Of a DNA stretch of 64,000 nt, positions 15,739 through 29,758 are shown one piece after another. The DNA is taken from the NCBI GenBank assembly GCA_021613535.1, contig CP075496.1:2108001-2172000 (forward strand). The letters run 5' to 3'. The notes beneath the pieces were generated by a model. That model searched no databases. It was not told the origin of the DNA and was given only the letters and a program-made list of their open reading frames with translations. The translations under genes were made by a program, and so were the position numbers. The stretch is from Adineta vaga. Lineage: Eukaryota > Animalia > Rotifera. Position 1 is the stretch's first letter, and each line of letters opens with the position of its first letter.

Positions 15739-16280
15739 TTATTTCTTAGCAGCGGCTGTTGTTGTTGTTGTTTTTTGTTGTGCAGGTGCTTTTGTTGATT
15801 TCTTTGATGGATGTTTACGAACTGGACGTTTCTTTGTTACAGTTTTTTGTGTTTCGCCAGTAAAATATGAAGTAACATTTTTTAAGATTGATGACAATGA
15901 CCAGGTTGATTTTTGTGTTGGTGCAACTGGACGAATTGGTCGTTTAGCTACTTTACCTGCAGAACCAGCAGCAGCAGCACCAGCTAATTTAACTCGAAGA
16001 GCTTTACGTAAATTTTTACGGGCAACATGATTATGATGCTTGGTAAATTTCAAATTACGAACATATTTTGGATCAACCTAGAGAAGAAAAGTTTTCGAAT
16101 ACGAAACGACATTGACTTGTACATACTCCTTTTAATGATGGAAATCGTTGCGATTGTGGTCGCTTAATTCCATTACGATGATCCTTTTTGTCTAAGAATA
16201 AAAACAAAGTGTAAATTTTCCAAAAACAAATCTCAATTCATACTCTGGTTATGATTGGTATGATTTTTGCTTTTAGCCAT
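15739..16280 (-). CDS. RPL29: 60S ribosomal protein L29 (eL29) with long basic C-terminal extension, 3 coding exons
   Basis: MAKSKNHTNHNQNKKDHRNGIKRP...SLKGVDPKYVRN. Confidence 0.95.
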
Positions 16281-16449
16281 TGGTTGATTTTTCTAGCGAA
16301 ATAAGACAACGATGAAAAGACAAGAGTGATCTAAAATGAAATGAGAACGAAAAACATTGTGTACAATGTTGCACGGCAAGATAAATAAAATAAAAAATAA
16401 CAAGAATATTTTTGTCCTATCGTACAACAGAAACACAATAGATTTATTT

Positions 16450-17245
16450 TCAAGATTTATCTTCAATCAATTCCGGATTAATCTACAAGAGAAAACAAAA
16501 AACAATCATATGAATTTCCTAAAATCTCCACATACCTGATTCCATTTTTCAGGTAATAGATCAATTAATTCACTAACTACATCACCCTGTATCGTTAATT
16601 CATCATCAGCCGATTTCGAACAACCACAAGAAAATTTTTGAGCAAAGAATTTTCGTGCTAATTCAATATCAACTTCTACAACGATAAAATTTAATGAGAA
16701 TTTTAGATTTTGTATTTCACATACCATTCGAGGCAAGGCCTTGAATAATCGTAACGAATTTATTTCCTTTTCGTTGTTGTTTATTAAGAACAATTTTTTG
16801 TGCTTCGAATTTCTTCTTGCCTTTGGGCATGCCTTTTCCACCGCGAGTTTGTCGTTTTTTTTCACCATTTTTATCATCGCCAGCATTGGACGATGCTTGC
16901 ATTTGATTTAAAAGATCAGGTAATGTTCGTTCAAGCCAATCACGACATCGTTCAGGATCTTAACGAAAAGAAAGAAAAAAAAATGAATCAACTTCATAAT
17001 CAATTGTAATGATTTGGTTTTTACCTGGGCCATATTCACAATATTCCAATGGTAGAGAACATTCTGTAGGAGATACATTGAACGAGGAATTTATTCATAA
17101 GAATGGAAAGAAGAAGAAACTGACCGCCACAGTATTGAATATTTAATGGATATTGAATATCAGGTCTTGGACCTGGATAATTGATTTGAATAGAAAGAGA
17201 AGCATTGCTATTTAATTCAGAATCATCACTAAGCGCTTCGGCCAT
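16450..17245 (-). CDS. DENR: Density-regulated protein (SUI1 domain)
   Basis: YPLNIQYCGECSLPLEYCEY, KKRQTRGGKG, RKGNKFVTIIQGL, KFFAQKFSCGCS and IQGDV. Confidence 0.93.
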
Positions 17246-17785
17246 AGTCGATAAATAATATAAAAGAAACAAAAAAAGATATTTGAATGAGATGCTTATG
17301 TGGATGTTTACGGTTGTTTTCTTTTTTTTCAAAACTATGGATCAAAAAGAATATGGATGATGGAGGAAATTGAGACGAACTCTCTGATTGGTTGACGAAA
17401 AATATTACGTTAATAATGATTTACTAATAACGACATCTATCGTCAGTAATAATTTATAGCTATATATACAAGACAAATTGGTTCATTTCAATTCTTCTTG
17501 CTCTCTTCTCACTCACTTCATGTTCGACAAGTCATCATTAAACTTCAGAAAAGAAAAAAAAAGAATATCTGTTCAGGTCTTGTCAAATTTCATCGAAAGA
17601 AATTAGATAACATTATCCTTGTACTAGTAGTACTGCTTCTTTTCTTGCTGTCTGTTAATTTAACCTTTTTCTTTTCTTTTCAATCAAGGATAAAATACAT
17701 ATTATTATATTTCTATTGAAAATCTAACATATATTTGAAGCTTAGATACAAACAAATGACATGCACATGTCAATTTATTGTCTAA

Positions 17786-19896
17786 TTAACTCGTGGAATT
17801 CATTTGAGATCTAAATTCTTCATAAGCATCATTTGACATGACATCAAAATCTAATGTATCTGTTTCTAAACCATGTTTAATTAATTGTAAAACAACAGTA
17901 TAATCTTCTTCAATGACTGATGTACCATTGATGCACAATATTCGATCATTATCTTTTAAACCAGCTTGATCACCTGGAGATGAATGTTCAACTTGTTGAA
18001 TATAATGTTCACGACATGTTTCAATATCTGTACTTATATAAACACCAAGACCATCGTAAGAATTTGAACGTTGAAGAGTACAATGTCGATATGAACGATC
18101 CGAAGATGAAGAATCACAAATGGATTCAAGTGGATCAACTATACATTAGAAAGAATGATACATTATGGAATAAATCATAGTGTAATACGAACCTGAGAGT
18201 TGTTCATGATTTGTTTGTGATAGATCTTCTGATTTCATAGTCTTGATTAAAATATCTTGGTCATTTGATTGTTGTTTGTATTGATGATAAGAAAAATCAG
18301 ATAGATCAGAATCTATTTGTTGATAGTCCGATGGATTAAGAATAATTTCATTTGGATTCGTCACTTGACCTAATCAAAAGACAAAAAACGTATTACATAA
18401 AACTATTATCTAAAATAATTGTTTGTGTTTTTTTTTACTAATAATTTGTTCATTTTCATCAACTTGGTAAGTTACTTCATAACATTCAGCAAATATTTCT
18501 TCATTAGATTGAATTTCATCCGAATAATCTTCTTCAATAATTTTCTCTATTTTTTGTTTATCATTAAAATCAATTTCTCCTGGTAGGATATGATCAGTTC
18601 GAGTCGTTAAATTACTTGTACCTATTCGAACAACACTTATATCAGGTTGAAGTATACTTGTTTGTATACGAAATGGTCGAAACGATTTAGATGATAATTG
18701 CTTATCAATATTCTCGGAAATTTCAATCACTGTTGGAAGAATATTAACTGATGATTCATCAGGTGATGAAATCTCTTCACTAGGATTTTCACGAATCATT
18801 GCTGAAATGGAACTATATCGATGAGTTGATAAAGAATCAGCATCGATTGATGAAACAGGTTGATCAGAAACAAGTTGACAAATTGCTTTGAGTTGTTGTT
18901 CAACTAAAAAGTAGATTATGTAAAAGTTTTGTATTTCAATTGTGAGATATACCTTCATAAGTTAAACTTGTTGATTCCATTTCATCATGGTTATCGTCTT
19001 GAGAAATATTCATTGGTTGAGTTAAATTATTTTGTTCATTCAATCCTTGAAGAAATGATGTTACTTTAGGTGTATTTGATCTGGTTATTTCCGAATATTG
19101 TGTCGTAATAATTGTTGATGTTGATGCTTGATCAAGTCGTTTATGCTTAAGATTTGGTTGTATATCAATTGAACTTGAAGATGAAGATGAGACTTGTCTC
19201 TTCTTCATCTCTAGATCTTTTCGTTTGATAAATAAGATTTTTGGTGGAGTTAGTTTCGGGTTTGTTATTGAAAAGGTATGCTCTTTTGGAGTTTTTTTCG
19301 ATAATGATGATTCACATTTTTCAGTTATGACTTCAACATCGGGAAGAGATCGAGGAAATGTTATCTCAGTAATACTTTCTGTTCTTTTTGATCGACAACT
19401 ATGAGTAAATGCTCGACTTAAACTACGTAAACCAGTTGTTAAACGATTCGAATGAATCATTCGAGATTGTTGAATATTAACACGATGAATATTTTCTTGA
19501 TTCATCGACTCCATAGTATTTGTTACATTTGAATTATTAAGAATAGGACATATTGGTGCACGTCGTTTGATAGATGTTTGTTGTTTCGCATCCATATCAT
19601 TTGTAGGAAACGATGAATGTTGAAAATTTGGTATACGAATGATTAAATCTAAAGTATTACGATCATCATTATGTGGTTCAACATGAATAATTGATCCATG
19701 ATATACTGGCATCGATGGCACAGTATCACATTGATCAACTTGTTCAATATTGGGCACCGATAATGATGGTGATGGTGAAGCGTCTACGTCAGGAACCGTC
19801 AGCTATGAAAGCAGTGATTAGTTGGAATTTGATGATATAGAAAATTCGATGACTTACAATCATTGATATAGAACGATTTTGAAGAAGAACAGTCAT
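17786..19896 (-). CDS. Protein with a disordered N-terminal region and one C-terminal PDZ domain (paralog A)
   Basis: The last exon encodes HCTLQRSNSYDGLGVYI...VEHSSPGDQAGLKDNDRILCING (NHERF-type PDZ). ATG at 19896 is followed by a gtaagt donor. Confidence 0.75.
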
Positions 19897-20489
19897 TGTT
19901 ACTGTTCACTGTAACTTATAAGTTGAAAAAGAAAACGAACAAAACGAAAAGCTTCTGCTTGCTACAATGTATACACTTTCAATGATGACAATTAGTTCTT
20001 CTTTTTTTTGCTCTCTTTCTCTCTCTCTCTCTCTCGTTACCGATCATTGGCATCTGCTCTCTTCTTTTCACCTTCGAACTGATATATGTATATGAGAAAG
20101 ATAGTGCACGAAGAATCTGTATTACCATTTAGATACTGACATATTTTCGAATGAAAATCAACCATAGCTCGACTAAATCCATTTGTCTATTCTTGATTTT
20201 GGATAACGTTTGAGAAATATCAAAAACAAATAGTGTGTTTTTTTCTTCTTATTATTATAAATTGAAAAAGAATAATACATATATAATCTAATCTTTGAAA
20301 AGAGAGAAAAAAAACCAGCAAATTCTTTTTTTTCATTTCAACACTGATTTAAAGAAATGAAACAAGCAATAAAGAAATAAAAGTATATATAAATGTGTAT
20401 GTGTACGAAGGAAGACAGAGCGAAAGAGAGAAAGAAGTAGACATATAATATGTGTGTTTGTGTGTTTATGTGTTTTTTTTCCTTTGTAT

Positions 20490-23400
20490 TTAGATATGTT
20501 CGGGTTCATCAATGACAGATATTTGAAGATTATCATTATCTAAACCTTGTTTAATTAGAGCGAGAACATTACTAAAATCAACATTCTCGACATTAACACC
20601 ATTAATACTAATAATACGATCATTTTTACGTAAACCAGCAATATGACCTGGAGAATTTGGTTCAACTTCACGAATATAATGATTTAAACGAGTTTGCGAA
20701 TCAGCAGATATTAATATACCAAGACCATCATAAGAATTTGTACGTCTTAAGGTACAAGTACGAATAAGGGGCGACGAACTTCTAACAGGAGTCACATTAG
20801 AACGAGACTCTAAAATGATTCAAAAGAATAAATTTGTTATTTGAATCAGAATAAATCGATTTACCCTGTTTATGTTCATATGAACGAGACGATTGATCAT
20901 AGATCTTGTCTCGTTCGGACATATGAGATGAATATGCTGTTTTTTCCATACCATTATTACCTAAAATTGAAAATGAGATGAAGATATAAAGATTGAGATT
21001 CATCATTTCTTTTCTTTTGAATATGTGTCTTACTCGAATAACGATTTGTTGAAAGGAATTCATCGTAATGTTTTGGTGTTTCATATGAATACAATGGTTG
21101 TTGACGTTCATATTCAAATGAAACTTCATAGCATTCTTCTTCTTCTTCTTGAAATTTTTGATCTCTAGTTTCAGCAACTTTTTCCCGTTTCTCATAAATT
21201 TCTCGTTCATGTGCTCGAGGACTATATCGATATTCTTTTATATTATCTGATATTGTTGGTGGAACTATTTGAACATCATAATGATTTGTTTGTCGATCAA
21301 TATTACGTTCAATTTCTACATGTTTATATGGTTTCCGATATGAATTATTATAATCATTACGTGTATCATTTTCTTGTGCACTCCATGTTCGAACTTCACC
21401 ACCATCAACATAGCGATGTTTATCTCGTGTATAGACAGTTGCTGAACTACGATACATTGTTGGCGAATCAGGAGTTTGCTGATGTGTTGGCCGACCTGGA
21501 GATGTTTGCCGATGTGCATCATCAAGATCAACGTGAGTGATGGTAATATCTGCTTGAGTTAATGGTCTTTGAGGAGTAAGTGGACGAATATAACCATCAT
21601 GACGTTGAGTTGAAGAAATAATTGGTCCAGAACTATAAACTGAGGGTTGTGACCATGATTGATTTTGGTCATATTCATTTAATGTTGTTGTTGATGTTTC
21701 AAAACGTCGTGGTCGATGAGGACTTGATGTTGTTGCTGTCGACGGATATTGATTATAATAACCTGGTGCTGGACGTAGATGATGTCGAACTATGGCACTT
21801 AATCCTGGATATGCTTTATCTATAGAAGAAAAAGAAATAGTATATCACTTGTTTTTTTCCTTCAAAACCTATACTAGTTGATTTTGAGGGTTTTGTTGTT
21901 GTTAAAGCACTATCATAAACCATTTCAGCATCTGGTAATGAACCATATGTACTTGACCATGGACGACTTGGTTGAATGGGATTTTGTTGAATTAAATTAT
22001 TAATGGTTGTCGATGAACTAGTTTTCCCATCGCCATGCGTTTTTGATTTACTTTTCTTCGCTTTTTTCTTACTGGATGTACTACCAAAGGGTATAGCAGG
22101 AGTCGTTAATTTTGGTGCATCGACCTCCATTGATGGTGATCCTGTTCGGTGTACTTCTGTTTTATTTATTGCTGAAGATGATGTACTTTTCCAATTTGTC
22201 GTTTTAGGTGATGAATGAAACGATGTTGATGGTTTTTCAATGGGTCTAGGAGTAATATCAACTTTATGTTTTTGCGGAGGTGTTGGTATAACATCAATAT
22301 CTGGTAATGGAATTGATACTGGTGATGTTGAACGATCATATTGATATTGATATTCAGTTGGACGTTGACGATTCATCGATGGTGAACGGCTACGATCAGA
22401 TGTATATATTGGGGGGGAAAAAACATCGCCCTCAGGTACGATTACCTATAATAAAAAAAAGAGAAAACGAAGAAGACGAGAAACGAGAGAAAAAAAATCA
22501 AATATAATCTTGATTGAGTAATCTCTTTCGTTTCTGTTAAGAGAATGCAATAGATAAATGATAAGAAAAAGAAGATGAAGATGAAGAAGAAGAGAAGGAA
22601 GGAGGGAAAGAATGTTTCCATTTATAGTTGTTCTTCAACATTTATACACCTTCTTGAGAGCTGCACTGAATAAACAGCTTTTCATTACAAGTATATTTCG
22701 ATTTATCGAGTGTTTTTTAATGCACAAGCTATTTGTTGTTCTTTTCTTTTCTTTCATCAGACGGTTATTCAACTAAATGTCATGTTAAAATGCCAATATA
22801 GGAGAATCGAAAGACAACGACAAACAAGTTGCAAATAAGGCACACACATACGCACATATATATACATTCAGTATTAGATAGCTATCAATAGTAAAAGATT
22901 AGGTAGACAAAGGATTGATGCTGACTGTTGTTGTTGTTGTTGTTGTTATTCTTATGATAGTAATACAACTGACTTTATATAAGAGAAAATACGAATCATT
23001 CTCGTAAGAGACGATCTTACCTGTTGGAAATGTTGTGTTTGATCGATGATAGCATAATCACGATATCCTTTTGTTGTTGTCGGCTGATATGTTACTGACG
23101 TATGCACTCTTTCAGTATTCCCATGTTCAAATTGTGGACTTCGTGGAACAAAATGTTGACCATAGATTGATGTTGATTGATTTTCTTGTTCATAGACAGG
23201 ACTTGATATATTGACAGATGTTGGTGGTTTTGTTTTTCGATTTTCTTTTTTAGCTTTGATTTTACCAGCTTTGGATGTATTCATTGTTGTTGATGATTTA
23301 CTTTTCTTTTTTCCGAATGGCCAAGAAATAGTTGGTGCATGAAGATGCGATGCTTCTGATGCGGGTGTAGGTGATGTTGAACTTTGACGTACTGCTGATG

Positions 23401-23593
23401 TGGGCGAACGTCTATTATTCATTGAACGATTAGATGCAGATGAATCTTTACGAAATAAATCTCGAAGTTTAACACTTAAACTACGTCGATTGCCACTCCG
23501 TTGTGAAGCATTGCCTGTATCTTCATTTATTTGTATTGGACGACGTGTAACCGTGGGAGTAGGATTTTGTGTTGAATAATTCGTTGTCGACAT
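20490..23593 (-). CDS. Protein with a Ser/Thr/Pro-rich region and one C-terminal PDZ domain (paralog B)
   Basis: The last exon encodes TCTLRRTNSYDGLGILI...VEPNSPGHIAGLRKNDRIISING. Upstream exons correspond to ORFs 22952-23593, 21816-22376 and 20957-21457. Confidence 0.78.
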
Positions 23594-25177
23594 ATTTTCA
23601 ATAGGAGGAGTATATTTTATTAATCAGCATAGAATCTAATGAATAACACAAAAGATGAATCAGAAATGGCAGATTTATGATTACATTTTACTTTACTCAC
23701 ACTTAAATGTGACAATATATGAATATCATATTATGCATATATGATAAGACACGCGCAGGCAATTTTTTTTTCGACGATAAATGATTTGTCTGCATGACGA
23801 TGACAGCCAATGTTAGTATTTTTTTTAAATTTTGCCTTGCACTGTTCGACAAGAGATTTTGTCACATACTGCTTTCTTCTTCTCCTCCTCCTTCTTCCTT
23901 TCTCTCCCTCTCTCTCTCTTCTCTTTTACTTCGATTTTTTTTTGATATACATGTATTTACAACTCAAATGAAAAGACAAGTCTCTAGGACAGGGAAAGAG
24001 AGAGAGGGAGAGAGAGAAAGAAAAGTGAAACAGAGACAAATATAGAGAACGAAAGTTGTTAATACATGGTTCCTCTCCGACAGGATTAGATCTCAGTGAT
24101 CAAGTAGCCAAACGTACGATTGAATGTACACATTTATACATATATACATATATATCAATTACATCTTACATGTCTTTCTTATCATTCAAATAATTGAGGA
24201 TGTTGAAGTATGATTATCTCGTCAATTGTATTCTTTCCTTTTTCTTTGATATAACATCTTCGCTGTCTTCTCTACACACATAAGTGTTTTGTTTATTAAC
24301 TGGTTTTTTTATAGCCAAATATTTATGATAGTGAAGTTCTTCACACTCTCATTGACTTCAAAAATGTAAATCGTTTTTCTTTTAATCGACCTTCAAGTGT
24401 TCGTCGTTTTTTTCCTCCTTCATAAAAATCCAATGCTTATCTCTAAACTTTGTTAATCGGCTTAGTCGCATCACCGCCTACGATGACAATGATTGTAACG
24501 ATGACGAATAAGTTTTGCAGAGAAAAAAAAAGATTTTGCAATGAAAAATGTATCGAATTAGGTAAATCGAAAAGAAAACGAATGTATGTACACGGTTTCA
24601 AATTACTCCCCACTCCACTTCAACCATGTTGATAATAAAAAGGTATTTGTATATATGCGAGTGTGTCTGTTCTACTCAGGTATTCGACGTATTGCGGCGT
24701 TTCTTCTTTCTTCCCGGTTTCTTTTACTATTACAACAACAACAACAACATTCAAATCTCTATAATCACATTCCTCAATGATGACTGTCTGTATGATATGT
24801 ACATATATATATATATATATATACTTCAATTTCAAAAGTAAAATGAAGCTAACGAAATAAGAAAAAGACAAGTGTAGATATGAAAATAATAACAAATAAT
24901 CAAGGTTATCAAATGAGAAGAGAAAAAAGACCGCAACGAAGATTAATCAATCTATTGACAATCGAAACCGGCTAAACCAATTTGGTTTCATATATGTGTG
25001 CATATATATTCATATAGAGATAGAGCTGTCGAATGATAAAGAAACTTGATCTTATTATAATTTTACTTGATAATCAGTAAAGTACAGAACCAGATTTTGT
25101 ACAATAGAGAAAGTATATACCACATGATGATGTGTATGATGTATAACTAACAATTAAGTTTTGATGACATACGACGA

Positions 25178-25201
25178 TGAAGAAGAAGAAGAAGAAGAAG
25201 A
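25178..25201. repeat. (GAA)n microsatellite
   Basis: Tandem gaa run in non-coding DNA. Confidence 0.8.
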
Positions 25202-25413
25202 AAAAACTTGTACACTCTATAATAATTGTTGACTCAACATATATATACTCTTGTAAAATGTGTATATATGCACATTCTCCAAGCATCAGTTCTATTCGAC
25301 TGATTGCAGACGACATGTCGATGACAAGCTAAAGTTTTCTTTTTTGTAGAATAAAATCCTTCATTATTAGTTCTTTTGTATCGTCCAAGGTGAATAACAA
25401 CAAAAAGAGAAAG

Positions 25414-27091
25414 TTAAATAGAAGTTGACTGAATCAAATATGGTGAAGAACAACTAATTGATGGCTGTTGTCCTAGCCATGTATAAGAATCGATATCTGT
25501 TTTAAATTTAATAGTCTGTTGTTCGGTTAAATGACGAAATTGTTGTCGTCGACATTTGTAATAACCATAAAGACAAAGAATTGTGATGATTAACGTCATC
25601 AAGAAACCTACTCCAACAATACAGCCAATGAGCATATGAAATGTTGAATCAACTAAATGAAAATCAACAAAATAACAAAGTAATAAAAATGAAATAAATA
25701 AAAAATACGTTGTGCTTGTTTTGAAGAACTCATTTCTATTTGCGATGATGATGACGATGAATATTGTTTGAATAAATCATCAATTTGACTGATCTCATTT
25801 GTTCGCTTGAAATGATGTGCCGAGGAATCGAATTGAAGTTGATCGTCTTTCGAAGTATTGACTGTTTTTATTAGACTTTCGATTTGATCTATTGTTTGAT
25901 CTTCGGATTGATTGGAAATCAGAGTTATATTACTTGCAAAAAGTATTGAACCTGATCTGTAATGACAAGGAGAAAACGAATGATTACGAATGAGATAGAT
26001 TTTCATTTTCTTTTCGTCCTTTTAAGAACTTTTCACTTACTCGAGAGAATAAAGTTCGAATTGATTGCAAATGAACGATAATGATGAATTAGTATTGATT
26101 AAAAATAGAAACTGAAGAAAAATACGAGAAATTAGTACTAAGTAGATGAAATGAATTCAATGGTTTACAAAGTTCTGGAGTTCGAAACGTAATTGTTGAC
26201 TGGACAAAGAATCGAGAGCATAATAGTCATTTGACCATACTCGATGAAGAATTCTCCCGAACCAAAAAAGTTTGATTTCTAAACATATTTCATATGAAGC
26301 ATTAATGATCGACATAATTAATCAAACCTCGTTTATAATTGAAAGATGATAACTGAACAGAAGTCGTTGTGGATGTCTCGTGTTGAGTGAATAATTGCGT
26401 TGTCTCTATTGTAGAGTCAGTCAAGATAGGTGAAGAAGTTGACATAGATTCAGATCCTTCAAATAAAAATAACAGTTTATGATTAAATCATTCATAATAA
26501 ATCATTTACGTTGACAAGTAAGACATAAAGACTGATTAAAACGAATTTCATCTGGTAGCAGTGGTATATCACCAGAAAATCTTCCTCTCATATAAACAAA
26601 ATGAGAACATCGTTGTTCATTTAATACTGGTTGAATTGTTAATAAACCCGATGAGGATAAAGGTTGAAACATAACTATTGATGAAGAATTTTGTTCTGAA
26701 ACAATCACTTCTGATTCTGTTATATTATAAATATCCCAGAAAATCTCTGAATCATTTTCTTTTCGACGTAGAGCATAAACAAGACTTTCTATTTCGTTCG
26801 AAGATGATGATGAAAGACCAAATCCATACCAGAAACCTTCATCAACAAGATTAGTTCGAAATTCAGTAATAAATTTATTTGTCTTTGGAAATATTTGCCA
26901 GTCTAATGTTATTTTAATATTTAATTTATCAATGATTTGCCATCGACCAGAACAATTATCTAATGAGGAAAAAAGTATAGAATTGAATCACCACCAGAAA
27001 GAATAACACAAGAATTACCATGAATAGATATTGAATTTACTATAAAATTCTTGAAAATAAACAAGATAAATATAAAACTCTCCGACTTCAT
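25414..27091 (-). CDS. Type I membrane protein: signal peptide, DOMON-like domain, S/T-rich stalk, SEA-like domain, TM helix
   Basis: Signal MKSESFIFILFIF; ITLDWQI...WYGFGLS (DOMON-like); S/T-rich segment; RSGSILF (similar to the SEA GS-hydrophobic motif); TM LIGCIVGVGFLMTLIITILCLY followed by KCRR. Confidence 0.6.
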
Positions 27092-28909
27092 TATGTGTAT
27101 TATTTTAAGTTCTTTCTTTCACACCTTCAAGTATAAATGAAGAGTAGTGATGGCAAACATTGAAAAAGAATAGTCGGACATCATAGTACCTTCAACAATT
27201 CATGAATTTCTTTTTTCTCCTTTCGTTCTCTTGTATATGCTGTTGTCTAAACAACGAACATTTGTTCATAAATCACACATATAGACAGAATTGAATCAAT
27301 GCGCTTCAATAACTGTCTGTTTCGATATACTAGTGTCTGTATATGTATATATATAAATATTTATTAATCGAAAGAACAATAAAATCTACTTGATTAATAC
27401 TCATATATACTAGTCGAATGACAATCTTCAATTGAAAAGAAGAAAAAAAAAGAGAAAACGAAAGAGAACGATGGATCAGATAGAAGAGAACACTCACCGT
27501 TATCGTCTCGATTCATAGCCACTCAGAATTAAATGAAAAAGATGTAAATGAATTCCTTTTAAGTCTATATACGTGTTTAATATTCACATTGAAAGAAAAA
27601 CAATGCTAAACATTCAATTCACACGTTCATCTTTTCAATTCTTATCATATCAACATCGATTCTGAATATATTTTAATCCAATAGAACTATGCATTATATA
27701 CATTTATAGGTAAATCAATGTCGCTGGCATCTATGACTTTTTGACATGTTGATTTCTGTACTTTCGATGAACCTATTACGTCAGTCAATTGAATACTTCT
27801 CAGATTTACTAGTGAAGAACAAAAAGAAACGTTCTCTATTCAATTACCATATACAACAAAAAAAAATGACGAGTAGAATTCTTTGTGAAGTTTTTAGAGA
27901 TGTCAAATAGATTTCCTATTTCGTAGTATACAAAAAAAGGTACTTGACATCTATATTATCAATAACAGCAAAGGCGATATCAGATGAAGTGTACAAAGAG
28001 AGACGTGAAATTAAGTCAAATCCTAGAAGTAACCAAATTGCATAATGAAAAAAGAAATGAACATGATCAGAAATCAATATCCAGATTTGATTATGACGTT
28101 CAAACGATAAATGGTACCTCGAGATGTGATTGGACGTCGTCTGATTCTAGTTCGATGACCACTTTGCGTCTTTCTGACTTTCGAAAAATGACTCATTGAA
28201 GATTGTTCAACGATATTCGTTTGATTTCACTCGTTTTTTTTCTCTCTAGAATGAAGTGTTCGACATTCTCTATTCATGAATGCATCAGTTCACTTTCAGA
28301 AAGTAAACTACGACAAATCAATGATTTATCGGTCATTTACGAGACAACTGAGAGTTAAACTGAACAAATTTATTCTATTAAAAAAGAAAAGAAATATTAA
28401 TCAATAATCTTTGTGTTTTGTTTAATTAAAGAAATGTCTCAATGGAGATTCAATCGTTGCGTAACAATGATGGACAGTTGTACTTGAATGTTACGTCAAA
28501 TAAGTCATAAGAATTATATCAGAAGTCACAATTGATCGAGAGGTTAGATTATAAATGATATTTTGTTATTCAGATATATGTTACAATTGAAGCATGTAAT
28601 CTTGTTTTGAATCAACAGAGGAAAAAAAGCATGTTTTGATTGGTATTTCTATCAATGTCATTATGAATACACTGTGTTGCTTTTTTTTTACCTATGTCAT
28701 ACTTAAATAATATTGAGTCGTTATTATTCACTGACAATCACATTATTTCTATATATTTTTATTCTGCGACACACTTTATCATCGATAGTTTCTAGTATGA
28801 CGATAATGATCAAATGTTGAATATGATTTAAAATCCTTTTTTTTGATAAACATTTCATCCAATTTATAGATTCGATTTTTTCGTCAGCTGTTTCTTCATT
28901 TTATTCTCC

Positions 28910-29566
28910 ATGGCAACTTATAATATTCCGCCGGGTAAACATGTTATGTTTTCGTATGGTTGGGATGTTCAAAAGCTAATTCTACAAGTACATCATTATC
29001 TAACAGAAAAAAATGTTCCAGTATGGATGGATAGAGAAGGTGGAATGAAAGATTATTTGACTAATAGGTAATTTAAAGAACGAAAATCATAATCATCTAA
29101 TAGAATTTCATTGCCGTTTTTATTCAGTATGGCTGATGGAATAGAAAATGCCGCAGTTATCTGTTGTTTTGTTACCTCGAAATATCAGAGTTCTTCTTAT
29201 TGTAAAAAAGAATTATTATATGCTGAAAATCGTACAATTCCGATTATTCCATGTTTAATGGATTCGGATCCGCAATGGATGCCAACTGGTTGGCTTGGTT
29301 ATACTATTATTGATATTTTATATCTAGATTTTCGTGATTTACTTACTGATAATAGTCCCGATAATATTCAGAACAAGTGCAATACGTTAATTGATCGTAT
29401 CAATTCAACTTTAGGAAGACTTTCTTCACCTTTAAGTTCGTATCTTCACTATTAAAATTCTATTCATTATGTTATTGTTTTTATAGACGAATTTAAACCA
29501 GAAATTACCACGAGAAAAGTATCGAGTGTTTATGATTATGAAGATAATGAATGTTATCCTGTTTGA
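28910..29566 (+). CDS. Standalone TIR domain protein (TIR_2-type), 3 exons
   Basis: KHVMFSYGWD...VWMDREGGM...MADGIENAAVICCFVTSKYQSSSYCKKELLYA...IIPCLM...GWLG. Confidence 0.88.
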
Positions 29567-29758
29567 TACGACTAACAGTCATTCAATATGTATATCATCA
29601 TCGGAAATATTGACACGAGATGTTTAGAAGTATTTTTCATTTTCTATGTACGAAAAAACAATATTCTCTTTTGTTTTTATTGAAAAATCGAAAATTTAAG
29701 AAAAAAAAAACATAATCATACAAAAAGAAAGAGATTAGTTCTCCAGACAATAAGAAGA

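Noticed and set aside
23794-25316. Short ORFs upstream of PDZ paralog B
   Set aside because: They derive from microsatellite and low-complexity non-coding sequence.
27984-28199. 71-aa ORF upstream of the TIR gene
   Set aside because: No recognisable motif or splice link to the TIR exons.
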